64,000 bases of DNA, taken from the NCBI GenBank assembly GCA_039586795.1, contig JBDHJS010000014.1:32001-96000 (forward strand), given 5' to 3'. A program made the translations under genes and the position numbers. The stretch comes from Gemmatimonadota bacterium (lineage in GTDB: Bacteria > Gemmatimonadota > Gemmatimonadetes > Palauibacterales > KS3-K002). Below, piece after piece: positions 41,531 through 50,911 of this stretch. Each line of letters opens with the position of its first letter. The stretch's first letter is position 1. The notes below the pieces were generated by a model. It did no database searches, was not told where the DNA came from, and saw only the letters and a list, made by a program, of their open reading frames with translations.

Positions 41531-41586
41531 GATCCCGAATTCTGAGAATCACGAGCTGAATTGTCGAAGTCGATTCGATGATTCCC
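41531..41586 (+). repeat. intergenic repeat copy A
   Basis: Core 41553-41582 matches reverse complement of copy B core at 25/30. Confidence 0.85.
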
Positions 41587-41605
41587 AACAAGAGGCCCGA
41601 AGCCG

Positions 41606-43339
41606 ATGATCTTCGAACACTCACGATTCCCAGCGATCGTTTTGGCCCTCGCCGCCTGCGCTCCCGCCGGCCAGCAAGATACCCCGCTCGAGTTCGCGGT
41701 CTCCTTCGACGAGTCGATGAGCGCCGAGGCGCTGGACGGCCGCGTCCTGCTCATCCTCTCCAAACACGAAGAGCCCGAGCCGCGCTTCCTCGTAAGCTCC
41801 GGACTGAGCGGCGCTCAGATCTTCGGTGTCGATATTGACCGTCTGGCGCCCGGCGAAGAAGCGGTGATCGATGCCGACATCTTCGGTTACCCCAACGAGA
41901 GCCTGGCCGGCGTACCGCCCGGCGAATACACCGTGCAGGCCGTGCTCCACAAGTACGAGACCTTCAACCTAAGCAACGGGAAGACGGTAAAACTTCCCAT
42001 GGACCGAGGAGAAGGCCAGCACTGGAACCGCGCGCCGGGCAATTTCATAAGCACGCCTCAGACGATTCGCGTCGATCCGGGACGCGCCGAGCGCATCGCC
42101 ATCCAGCTCGACCAGACGATTCCGCCCATCGTGCCGCCTGAGGACACGAAGTACGTGAAGCACGTTCGGATTCAGAGCGACCTGCTCACCGAGTTCTGGG
42201 GACGACCCATGCATCTCGGCGCTCACGTACTCATTCCGGAGGGCTTTGACGAGCATCCCGAGGCGCGCTACCCGTTGGCGGTATTCCATGGCCATTTCCC
42301 CGCCGACTTCTACGGCTTCCGCCCCGAGCCGCCCGACCCGAACCTCGAATGCACGTACAGCTCGCGCTTCCGGCTCGATTGCTATAACCGCATCCAGCAG
42401 GCCGAAGCGCACGAGTTCTACAAGACGTGGACGGGCCCCGACTTCCCGCGCATGCTGATCATCATGGTGCAGCATGCCAACCCTTACTACGACGACTCGT
42501 ACGCCGTGAACTCGGCCAATCTCGGGCCGTACGGTGATGCGATAACCTACGAGCTGATCCCGTACATCGAGGAACGGTTCCGCGGCATCGGCGAGGGCTG
42601 GGCGCGCTTCCTGTATGGGGGGTCGACCGGCGGCTGGGAAGCGATGGCCGTCCAGGTCTTCTATCCCGACGAGTACAACGGCGCGTTCGTCGGCTGTCCC
42701 GACCCCATCGACTTTCGCTCCTACACCCTGGTCAACATCTACGAAGACGACAACGCCTACTACCGTGACGGTGAATTCCGTCGTATGGAGATCCCCGGTC
42801 ATCGCGATTGGCTGGGCCAGGTAGACCGGACCGTGAGGGACTACAACCACCTCGAACTGGTCCTCGGCTCCAAGAGCCGATCCGGCGACCAGTACGACAT
42901 CTGGGAAGCCGTCTACTCACCGATGGGCGACGACGGGTATCCGAAGCGGATATGGGACAAGTATACGGGTGAGATCGACCATGAGGTCGCCGAGTACTGG
43001 AAAGAGAACTACGACCTACGCTACATCATGGAGCGGGACTGGGCGACCCTCGGGCCGAAGCTCGAGGGCAAGCTTCATATATATGTCGGCGACATGGACA
43101 ACTACTACCTGAACAACGCGGTCTATCTAACCGAGGAATTCCTGGAGAGCACGACGAACCCGTACTACAACGGCGTCGTCGACTATGGCGATCGCGCTGA
43201 GCATTGCTGGAACGGCGACCAAGAGAACCCAAACGCGATTTCCCGGCTACGCTATAACACGATGTACGTGCCGCGCATCCTCGAACGCATCGAAGAAGCG
43301 GCGCCCGCAGGAGCCGATCTCACAAGCTGGAGGTACTGA
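41606..43339 (+). CDS. alpha/beta-hydrolase (putative esterase) lipoprotein
   Basis: Lipobox LAAC, GGSTGG nucleophile elbow, VGDMD, EHCW. Confidence 0.85.
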   Translation: MIFEHSRFPAIVLALAACAPAGQQDTPLEFAVSFDESMSAEALDGRVLLILSKHEEPEPRFLVSSGLSGAQIFGVDIDRLAPGEEAVIDADIFGYPNESLAGVPPGEYTVQAVLHKYETFNLSNGKTVKLPMDRGEGQHWNRAPGNFISTPQTIRVDPGRAERIAIQLDQTIPPIVPPEDTKYVKHVRIQSDLLTEFWGRPMHLGAHVLIPEGFDEHPEARYPLAVFHGHFPADFYGFRPEPPDPNLECTYSSRFRLDCYNRIQQAEAHEFYKTWTGPDFPRMLIIMVQHANPYYDDSYAVNSANLGPYGDAITYELIPYIEERFRGIGEGWARFLYGGSTGGWEAMAVQVFYPDEYNGAFVGCPDPIDFRSYTLVNIYEDDNAYYRDGEFRRMEIPGHRDWLGQVDRTVRDYNHLELVLGSKSRSGDQYDIWEAVYSPMGDDGYPKRIWDKYTGEIDHEVAEYWKENYDLRYIMERDWATLGPKLEGKLHIYVGDMDNYYLNNAVYLTEEFLESTTNPYYNGVVDYGDRAEHCWNGDQENPNAISRLRYNTMYVPRILERIEEAAPAGADLTSWRY

Positions 43340-43409
43340 GAATCTCGAACTCTGGAATCGGAGTTCCGAACTCCAGAACTGAATTATCGAAGCGGATTCA
43401 ACGATTCAC
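43338..43409 (+). repeat. intergenic repeat copy C
   Basis: Core 43376-43405 GAACTGAATTATCGAAGCGGATTCAACGAT; 29/30 inverted match to 43487-43516. Confidence 0.9.
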
Positions 43410-43459
43410 TCATCTTGAGAGTCGCGGCCCTGCGAACGTATTAGATAGATACTTTCAGG

Positions 43460-43545
43460 TTCCGCGAATCCCCGGTTCCGCCGGGCATCGTTGAATCCGC
43501 TTCGACAATTCAGTTCGAGATTCTCGGAATTCAGAATCCCAATCT
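43460..43545 (-). repeat. intergenic repeat copy B
   Basis: Core 43487-43516 ATCGTTGAATCCGCTTCGACAATTCAGTTC plus TTCCGCGAATCCCC at 43460-43473. Confidence 0.9.
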
Positions 43546-43548
43546 CCC

Positions 43549-46500
43549 TCAATCGCCCCCGCCCGGCGCGACCCGCCTCTCAAACGCCGGCGGCTCCGGC
43601 ATCACCACCGGATTCGCCTCGATCAGCCTCATCACCTCGCGGATCGCCGCCTGAAGCTGCGGATCGACCCCTCGGGCCAACTGACTCGGGTCGTCCACCA
43701 CCGGGATATCCGGATCCACTCCGCGACCCTCGGCAAACCACGTCCCGTCCGGACCGTATAGTCGGCCGGGCGGTGCCGTGAAGAACCCGCCATCGATCAA
43801 CTGGTGTCCTACCGCCGGGCCGATCAGGCCGCCCCATGTCCGCTCGCCGATCAGCGGGCCAACGCCCAGCCCCTTGAAGAAGAACGGGAAGGCGTCACCG
43901 CCCGAGCCGGCCCATCCGTTGATCAACATGACCTTCGCACCGTAGTGATTCACCGGCGGATAGGTGGCGACGGCACCGTGCCGGAAGAAGATTCGCGTCA
44001 CCAACTCGCGATTCATCTTCTCGATAAAGCGATCAGGCAACTGACCACCGCCGTTGAACCGCTCGTCGATGATCAGCCCATCTTTCAGCATCTGGCTGTT
44101 GAACTGACGAACCAGCTCGGTCTGGCCCGATATCGCGGTGTTGGGGACGAAGATGTACCCCACCCGGCCGCCGCTCGCTTGCTCGACCGTTCTGCGGTTC
44201 CCTTCAATCCATTCGAGATTGCGCAAGCGCGACTCGCTGCTCACCGTCTCCACCAGCACCTGCCGGGCGCCATCCATGCTCGGCCTGTCGTTCACCGTGA
44301 GCAGTACCGCTTGATTGGCCAGCCCCTCGAACGCCGCGTACGGCTCCACGCTGGTATCTAGCGGCGCGCCGTTCACCGCCAGGATATAGTCCCCCTCGTT
44401 CACATCAACCGCCGGCTCGCTCAACGGAGACCGCGTCCCGATGTCCCATGGCGCTCCCCTGACGATTCGCGCAATTCGATAGGCGCCATTCTCCAACGAC
44501 CAGTCGATGCCCAGCAAACCAACCTGTCGGCGTCGCGACGTCTCGGTATCTCCGCCTCCGATGTACGTGTGCGAGGCGTTCACTTCACCGATCAGTTCGC
44601 CGATGACGAAGTTCACGTCCCAACGCGTGACCGCATCGTCCAGCATCGCCCCGTAGTGCTCTCGGAGCCCATCCCAGTCGAGCCCGTGCATAGAGGGGTC
44701 GTAGAAGTAGTCCCTATACGTACGCCAAACTTCCGTGAATAGCTGTCGCCATTCCTCTCTCGGGTCGACGACCATCTCCAGGTCGGATGTCGCCAGCCGG
44801 TCTTCTATGGATTGTCCAGGCCTGATGTCGATGATGCCCCACGATCCTCGCTGGGCCACCAGCATCTTCTTGCCGTCGGCCGACACCTCGAACCCACTCA
44901 CGTTACCAATGATCGTCTCCTCCTCGCGTTCGCCGAGGTCGAACATCACGATCGGGCTCTGACGATCCGTTGAGCCGCTCCGTGGGCGGCGATGGTAGAT
45001 CACCTTTCCGGACACCGCAGCCAGATCGCTGTAGTTGCCCGCCTCCGCCGGCAGTACGACAGCCCGCGACTCCAGCCCCTCGAGATCAATCGCCAGGCCG
45101 CGCGCCGCCGATTCATCATCTCCTTCTTCTTCTTCTTCTTCTTCTTCTTCTTCTTCTTGGGGACGGGACGTCGGCGCGCAGCGGTGCCGCCACGATATTC
45201 GTCGTGTTGGGGTAGACCCACGTCGCATCGATGTCCGAGTAGATCGGACTCAACGTCCGGTTTGATAGGTAGTAGAGATACTGATCGTCTGGGTCGAAGG
45301 CGGGGCCGTAGTCGCTGTAGTAGCCGGAAGTGACCTGATGCCGTTCGCCTTCCTGAGTGTCGAACAGGAACACCGCGTTGTTCGTCGTCTCCAGGCCGCG
45401 CGAGTAGGCCAACCATCGACTATCGCTCGACCAACTCACCTCGAATCCCTGAAGCCCGCCATGCAACATCCAGAGCCCTTGATCCACATCGGTGACGCGA
45501 TCGCTATCCATATCGTAGATGCGGACCATCTGAGTATGGTCGATGAAGGCGATCTTCTTGCTGTCGGGCGACCAGAAGAGAGAATACCGATAACCGGGAC
45601 CGAGGTCCGTTAGAGTTCTCTCTTCGCCGGAGCCATCCGCCGCTCTCACCGTTAACTCGTAGTCGCCCGTCCGATCGGACCAATAGGCGATCAACTGGCC
45701 ATCCGGTGACCAGGCGGGATAGCGCTCTGCCACGCCCGAGCTGTGGGTCAGCTGCCGAATCGGGCCATGCTCCGCCGGCACGGTGAAGATCTCACCGCGC
45801 GCTTGGAACAGCCCCCGCTTACCCGTCGGCGATATCGATCCGGCCTGGATCAAGTTGCTGACGTTCTCGTTGTGCGGACGCAGCGTGGCCAAGTCCGTCA
45901 CCACGTTCACGTCCACCTCGCGCATCTGTTCCGTCGACAAATCGAGGAGGTAGAGGCTGCTGCCGGCCTGAAAGACGATCTCTGATGGTCCGATCGCCGG
46001 AAACTTCACATCTATATCGGTGAAGTTGGTAACTTGCCGGAGATCGCCGCCGTCCAGTTCGTAAGCCCAGATGTTCGACCGCTGGGCCGAACCTCTATCG
46101 GACAGGAAGTAGATCGTCCGGCCATTCCACATCGGCAGCGCGTCGTTCGCGTCGCTGTTGCTCAGGTTGAACGCGTCCAAGCTCTCCAGATCGAACAGCC
46201 AGATCTCCGGCGCCAATCCACCGCGATAGCGCTTCCACGTTCTGAAGCCCCGGTCCTTCGGCGTGTAGGCCAGCGAGCGGCCGTCGGGTGAGATCGCACC
46301 GAACTCGCCATAGGGCACCGGCAACTTCTCGGGCATCCCTCCGTTTGCTGCCACCACGTACAGCTGCCTGACGCGCGACACGCCGCTCTCGCGGTTGGAG
46401 GCGAACATCAGCAGGTCACCGGCCGGCGACCAATCCACGAGGCGATCGTTGCCCGGATGGTAGGTCACGCGAACTGGCGCACCGCCGCCCGCTGAAACCA

Positions 46501-46786
46501 CATATACGTCGGTGTTCCCGTCGTAGTTGCCACTGAACGCGATCAGCGACCCGTCCGGTGAAAACCTCGGAAACTGTTCTTCGCCCGGCGGCGAGCTCAG
46601 GCGTCTGGCGGCGCCTCCGTCCTTTTCGACCAGCCAGATGTCGCCGGCATAGACGAACGCGATATGCGTATCGGACACATCCGGGTATCGCAGCATGCGC
46701 GCGTCTACCTGCGCGTTCGCCGTGCTGGCCGTGCTCGCCGTGAAGAAGACAGCGAAGCCTATCGCCAGAATCGTTCTTCTAAACAT
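43549..46786 (-). pseudogene. tricorn-like S41 protease split by a frameshift at ~45160 (pseudogene or assembly error)
   Basis: N-half: signal peptide plus PD40/propeller repeats (PRFSPDG, PAWSPDG). C-half in another frame: PDZ, SHTY, DERFNGGG, AGSGGD. Total 3238 nt = 3n+1. Confidence 0.85.
45123..45158. repeat. (CTT)12 / (AAG)12 trinucleotide tract
   Basis: Direct read; encodes the poly-Glu linker in the C-half frame. Confidence 0.97.
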
Positions 46787-46894
46787 GACAGTCCGTCCTT
46801 CCGGAAGGGATCAAGTAGACAACCGTATCGCAGCGTCTCAGACTCGCGCCCAAGATCGCGCCCGTCAAGGCAGGACCTTATCCGGCCCTTCCAC

Positions 46895-46943
46895 TTCCGC
46901 GAATCCCCTGGTCAGCGTATCGTTGAATCTGCTTCGATAATTC
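46895..46943 (-). repeat. intergenic repeat copy D
   Basis: TTCCGCGAATCCCC (14/14) and ATCGTTGAATCTGCTTCGATAATTC (23/25), direct relative to copy B. Confidence 0.88.
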
Positions 46944-46965
46944 CCAAGCCGAATCGAAACCAACC

Positions 46966-47730
46966 ATGATCACAGCCACCATCGCCCTCGTCAGACCCGT
47001 CCCCACCACCTTCAACCGAGCCATCCAACCGCCCGGCGCTCCCCCCATCGATGTCAGCCTGGCCGTTCATCAACACCACCTCTACTGCGCGGCGTTGGAA
47101 GAACTCGGGCTCTCCCTCATTCAGGTCGAGCCCGCCGACGATCTACCCGATAGCTGCTACGTCGAGGATACTGCGATCATCGTCGACGACCTGGCCATCA
47201 TGGCGAATCCCGGCGCCGACTCCCGTCGCCCGGAAGCCGCCGCCGTGGAAGTCGTGCTGCGCGACCACAAACCGATCGCCACCATCGAGCCTCCCGCGAC
47301 GCTCGATGGTGGTGACGTCCTGAAGATCGGCGACCGCCTCTACGTCGGCCTTTCCCGTCGCACCGGGCGTGAATCCATCGACCAGCTACGCCGCATCCTG
47401 GAGGGCCGGGACATCGAGGTCATCCCCGTAGCCGTGGAGGGGATACTCCACCTCAAATCCGCCTGCACATATCTAGGAAACGACACGCTAGCATGGCTCC
47501 CCGGCCACCTCGATGAGCGCGCCTTCTCGCGCTACCGAACCGTTCAGGTACCGAAGGAAGAATCTCAGGCTGCCAACTGCCTGGCTGTGAACGGCAAGGT
47601 ACTCGTACCGGCCGGCGCGCCGAGCACGAAAGCCGCGATCGAGGCGCTGGGCTTCGACATCATGGAAATCGATATCTCGGAGTCGCGAAAGGCGGGCGGG
47701 GGGCTCACCTGCTCGTCGATCATCTTCTAG
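46966..47730 (+). CDS. dimethylarginine dimethylaminohydrolase / amidinotransferase family
   Basis: PDSCYVED, SRRPE, LDGGDV, LHLKS, GGLTC catalytic Cys. Confidence 0.92.
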   Translation: MITATIALVRPVPTTFNRAIQPPGAPPIDVSLAVHQHHLYCAALEELGLSLIQVEPADDLPDSCYVEDTAIIVDDLAIMANPGADSRRPEAAAVEVVLRDHKPIATIEPPATLDGGDVLKIGDRLYVGLSRRTGRESIDQLRRILEGRDIEVIPVAVEGILHLKSACTYLGNDTLAWLPGHLDERAFSRYRTVQVPKEESQAANCLAVNGKVLVPAGAPSTKAAIEALGFDIMEIDISESRKAGGGLTCSSIIF

Positions 47731-47804
47731 CCGCCCCTGCGTAATCCAGCTTTCGGCACTATCTTAGCAGCGCCCTACCGCCCGCCTCCTTACCTACTGA
47801 CGCC

Positions 47805-48188
47805 ATGGGCAACCGAGGTATCACACTCTTCGAGACGCTGATCGCGGTCCTGCTGATAGCCGTCCTCATCGGTGTGTTCGGCGCCCGCTACAAGAACACC
47901 AAGCGCACGCTTTATCAGACCTACGTACAGGCCGAGCTTCGCGACCTGATAACGGCGCAAGAGGCATACTACCAGACGTCCGGGTCGGCGTACGCAGAAA
48001 CCCTGGCGCAACTCGCCTTCGTGACGCGGCCAGAGGTGACGATAGAGCTCGACAGCAACGGTTACGGGTGGGCCGCACGCGGCAGCTCGATCGAGTTGCC
48101 CTCCGGATACTTCTGCGCAGTCTTTGTTGGAGATATCGAGGCCCCACCACCCGCCGACGATGAAGGCGAGATAGCGTGCCTGCCCTAA
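47805..48188 (+). CDS. type IV pilin-like protein
   Basis: Class III signal NRG|ITLFE plus hydrophobic helix; LR.L..AQEAYY; C-terminal Cys pair. Confidence 0.8.
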   Translation: MGNRGITLFETLIAVLLIAVLIGVFGARYKNTKRTLYQTYVQAELRDLITAQEAYYQTSGSAYAETLAQLAFVTRPEVTIELDSNGYGWAARGSSIELPSGYFCAVFVGDIEAPPPADDEGEIACLP

Positions 48189-48203
48189 GGAAAGGATAGA
48201 GGT

Positions 48204-49043
48204 TCAAGAATCCTGCAAGCCGACCGACCGATACATCGCATCCCGAGGCGCTTCCATGTCGAACCAGAGCTCGAAGCTCAGTGCAGCCTGTTCGGCCAGC
48301 ATCCGCCGCCCGTCCTCCGCTCTGATACCAGCACCGCGTGCCGCTTTGACCAGTTCAGTCTCGTCCGGGCCGTAAACCAGATCCAATAAGGCCGTAGCGC
48401 CCAGAGCCGCCGGTTCTATGATCAGCGAGTCGGTTGCTTGCAAACCCACGGAGGTGGCGTTGACCACCAGGTCGTAGCGATCGACCGAAGACGCTTCCGA
48501 CTCCTCGATCAATCTCAAAGCAGGTGGCCGGCCGAATTGGTCGGCTAGCCCCTCACCGCGCATACGACTGCGGCTCAATACATCGAGCCCGGCGACTCCG
48601 CTGGTCAGACAGCGATGCACGACGGCGCGTGCCGCACCGCCGGCTCCCAACAGCAGCACGCGAGTGTCTCGAAGACTCGCGCCCAGCACCGCCTCCGCCG
48701 CGACGCCGAAGCCCGGGACATCGGTGTTGTCACCGCATAGTCCTCTGCCGTCCTCCCACCAGAACACATTGCAGGCGCCCGTCGCTTGAACGGCTTCGCT
48801 GGCCAGGTCCAGCGCGCGCCCCGCGGTGGCTTTGTGAGGAACCGTGACGTTCCCCCCACCACCGGCCCGAGCGATTTCTCGCATCAAGGGGCCCACCATT
48901 TCATCCGGAGCGCGCAGCGCCGTGTAGACCGCTCTCATCTTGGTAGCGGCGAAGGCGGAGTTGTGAATTGCCGGCGATGAGGAATGCTCGACCGGATCGC
49001 CCAACAGCACGAACAGCCGCCGCAGGTCGGAATCCTGATTCAC
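48204..49043 (-). CDS. aroE: shikimate dehydrogenase
   Basis: GDPVEHS.SP.IHN, NVTVPHK, NTD, GAGGAAR, NATSVG. Confidence 0.94.
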   Translation of the reverse strand: MNQDSDLRRLFVLLGDPVEHSSSPAIHNSAFAATKMRAVYTALRAPDEMVGPLMREIARAGGGGNVTVPHKATAGRALDLASEAVQATGACNVFWWEDGRGLCGDNTDVPGFGVAAEAVLGASLRDTRVLLLGAGGAARAVVHRCLTSGVAGLDVLSRSRMRGEGLADQFGRPPALRLIEESEASSVDRYDLVVNATSVGLQATDSLIIEPAALGATALLDLVYGPDETELVKAARGAGIRAEDGRRMLAEQAALSFELWFDMEAPRDAMYRSVGLQDS

Positions 49044-49525
49044 GGTGAGAGGATAGCGGAGAGTCGGTCCAGCAGGCCGTCGATCGCCTTCACGATCAGT
49101 TCGCGGACTTCCCTGTACTGTTCGATCGAGCCGCCAAACGGATCACTGATCGGCTCGCCGGCTGCCGCGCCTTCGATGAACTCGCTGAGTAGCGAAACCT
49201 GAACATCGGCGCCCAAAGATTCCACGGCGGCAACGTGGCTCTGCGTCATGCCCAGGGTGATATCGGCCTGCTCGATCAGCTGCCGACTCAGCGGCTGCGA
49301 GCGATGACCCGACAGATCGAGCCCAATTTCCGCTGCCGCGCTCAACGAACCTTCCGAAGCTGGCGCATCCCACATGGCGCCTGTACCGGCTGAGTCGACC
49401 GTAACGTGACCCCAACCCCGCTTCTCCAGCACGGCGCGGGCTATCGCTTCCGCCAGCGGGCTACGGCACGTGTTTCCCGTACAGACGAAGAGGATGTTGT
49501 AGGTTGTCGGCTCGTCGCTCGTCAT
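49040..49525 (-). CDS. low-molecular-weight phosphatase, YwlE/protein-arginine phosphatase type
   Basis: CTGNTCRS P-loop, DPFGG. Confidence 0.9.
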   Translation of the reverse strand: MTSDEPTTYNILFVCTGNTCRSPLAEAIARAVLEKRGWGHVTVDSAGTGAMWDAPASEGSLSAAAEIGLDLSGHRSQPLSRQLIEQADITLGMTQSHVAAVESLGADVQVSLLSEFIEGAAAGEPISDPFGGSIEQYREVRELIVKAIDGLLDRLSAILSP

Positions 49526-49535
49526 CTCTGAAAGT

Positions 49536-50210
49536 CTAGCTCAGCTGGGCCAGGCATCGGTCGATCGCGTCGAATGACACCGGACCCTCACGTACGAGTC
49601 GCGGCGGCGACTCGATCAGGCTCACGATGGTCGAAGCCCGAGTCTCTCGGGAGACGCCCGCATCAATCGCCAGGATCGGCGCCGCGAAATCATCGAGATC
49701 ATCGCGGCCGGCGAACACGCTCAATGCTCGGTCCAGCGTCCGAGCCGGCTCCGCGCCGGCCAGGTTAGCGCTGGTCGATGTCATCAACCGGCCCCAGTGA
49801 TTCATCATCGCCACCACGACCGGGTGCGGCGACTGTCGAACCGCGACTCCAAAGCTTGCCCCCGGCAACCCGGGCGGCGCGCCGTGGCAGCGAACGATCA
49901 GGGTCAACGGCCCGGGCCAAAACCGCGTTGCCAACGCGTCTGCCTCCGGCGGCCACTCGAGAGCCGAGCAAACGCCCTGAAGAGCCTCCAGGCCGGGTGT
50001 CAGTGCGATCAGCGCTTGACCCGTCTCGCGCTGCTTCACCCGGCTCACCAGGCGATTGACCTCCGGCGTGCAAGCGCCGCCAATCCCATATACAGTCTCG
50101 GTGGGGTGTACGACCAGTCCCCCGGCGGCCAGCGTCTCCGCTGCCCGCTTCCCTGCGTGCTCCAGCTCGTCGGGCTCCTGGGCCACGACGACCTCGATTT
50201 CCGTCTTCAA
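49536..50210 (-). CDS. tsaC: L-threonylcarbamoyladenylate synthase
   Basis: PTETVYG, K.R, FWPGPLTL, STSAN, STIV..REG; TTG start overlapping ispD stop. Confidence 0.92.
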   Translation of the reverse strand: MKTEIEVVVAQEPDELEHAGKRAAETLAAGGLVVHPTETVYGIGGACTPEVNRLVSRVKQRETGQALIALTPGLEALQGVCSALEWPPEADALATRFWPGPLTLIVRCHGAPPGLPGASFGVAVRQSPHPVVVAMMNHWGRLMTSTSANLAGAEPARTLDRALSVFAGRDDLDDFAAPILAIDAGVSRETRASTIVSLIESPPRLVREGPVSFDAIDRCLAQLS

Positions 50211-50911
50211 CCCACGTCTCGTTTCGGCGAACGCGCCATCCACGCCTCCACCCAATCCAGGTCCTCGCGCCGCGTGACCTTCGGGTTCGGCTCCTCGATC
50301 TCGACCATCGCCACCTCGATCCCATAGCGCTGGCAGATCCCGGCGCAGTCCGAGGCGTGAAAACCCTCGGCTGCCGCGCGCCGGTGCGCATCGAGAATGA
50401 GCTCCCGCGTGAAGGCCTGCGGCGTTTCCGCGCGCCATATGCGCTCTCGGTCGGGAGCGGCAACGACGACCCCTTCCGCGTTCGCCTCCTTCAGCGAATC
50501 GGTGACGCGCCGGCCACCAACCGCTCCGCGATCGGGTCGTACCGCCTCCAACACACGTCCAATCGCCTCGCTCGTGATCAGAGGCCGCGCACCATCATGT
50601 ATCGCGACTTTGTCGATCTTCTCCGGAACCGTTTCCAGTCCCAGACGGACCGAATCGCTGCGCTCAGCACCGCCAGCCACCAGCGTCACACTCCGCAGAT
50701 CGGCCAGCCAGGCCGGCGGCTCTGCCGCGACTTCGGCGGGAAGAACGACGGTCACTCCTGCTACGTCCTCGTGACCCAAGAACGCTTCGACGCTCCAAAG
50801 CACCAGCGGCTTACCGCCCAACGGCGTGAACTGCTTGGGAGCGCCTGCCCCGAATCGTACGCCGCGGCCCGCGGCTACGATGATCGCCCAGGCCCTACCT
50901 GAAGAGCTCAT
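50207..50911 (-). CDS. ispD: 2-C-methyl-D-erythritol 4-phosphate cytidylyltransferase
   Basis: AAGRG.RFG..PKQF, GGAERSDSV, IHDGARP, TPQAF. Confidence 0.96.
   Translation of the reverse strand: MSSSGRAWAIIVAAGRGVRFGAGAPKQFTPLGGKPLVLWSVEAFLGHEDVAGVTVVLPAEVAAEPPAWLADLRSVTLVAGGAERSDSVRLGLETVPEKIDKVAIHDGARPLITSEAIGRVLEAVRPDRGAVGGRRVTDSLKEANAEGVVVAAPDRERIWRAETPQAFTRELILDAHRRAAAEGFHASDCAGICQRYGIEVAMVEIEEPNPKVTRREDLDWVEAWMARSPKRDVG

Noticed and set aside
45000..45416. Poly-Lys, poly-Phe and poly-Ser ORFs
   Set aside because: Alternative frames of the (AAG)12 tract.
41531..46943. Repeats as a CRISPR array
   Set aside because: Copies are kilobases apart in mixed orientation, with no regular spacers and no cas genes.
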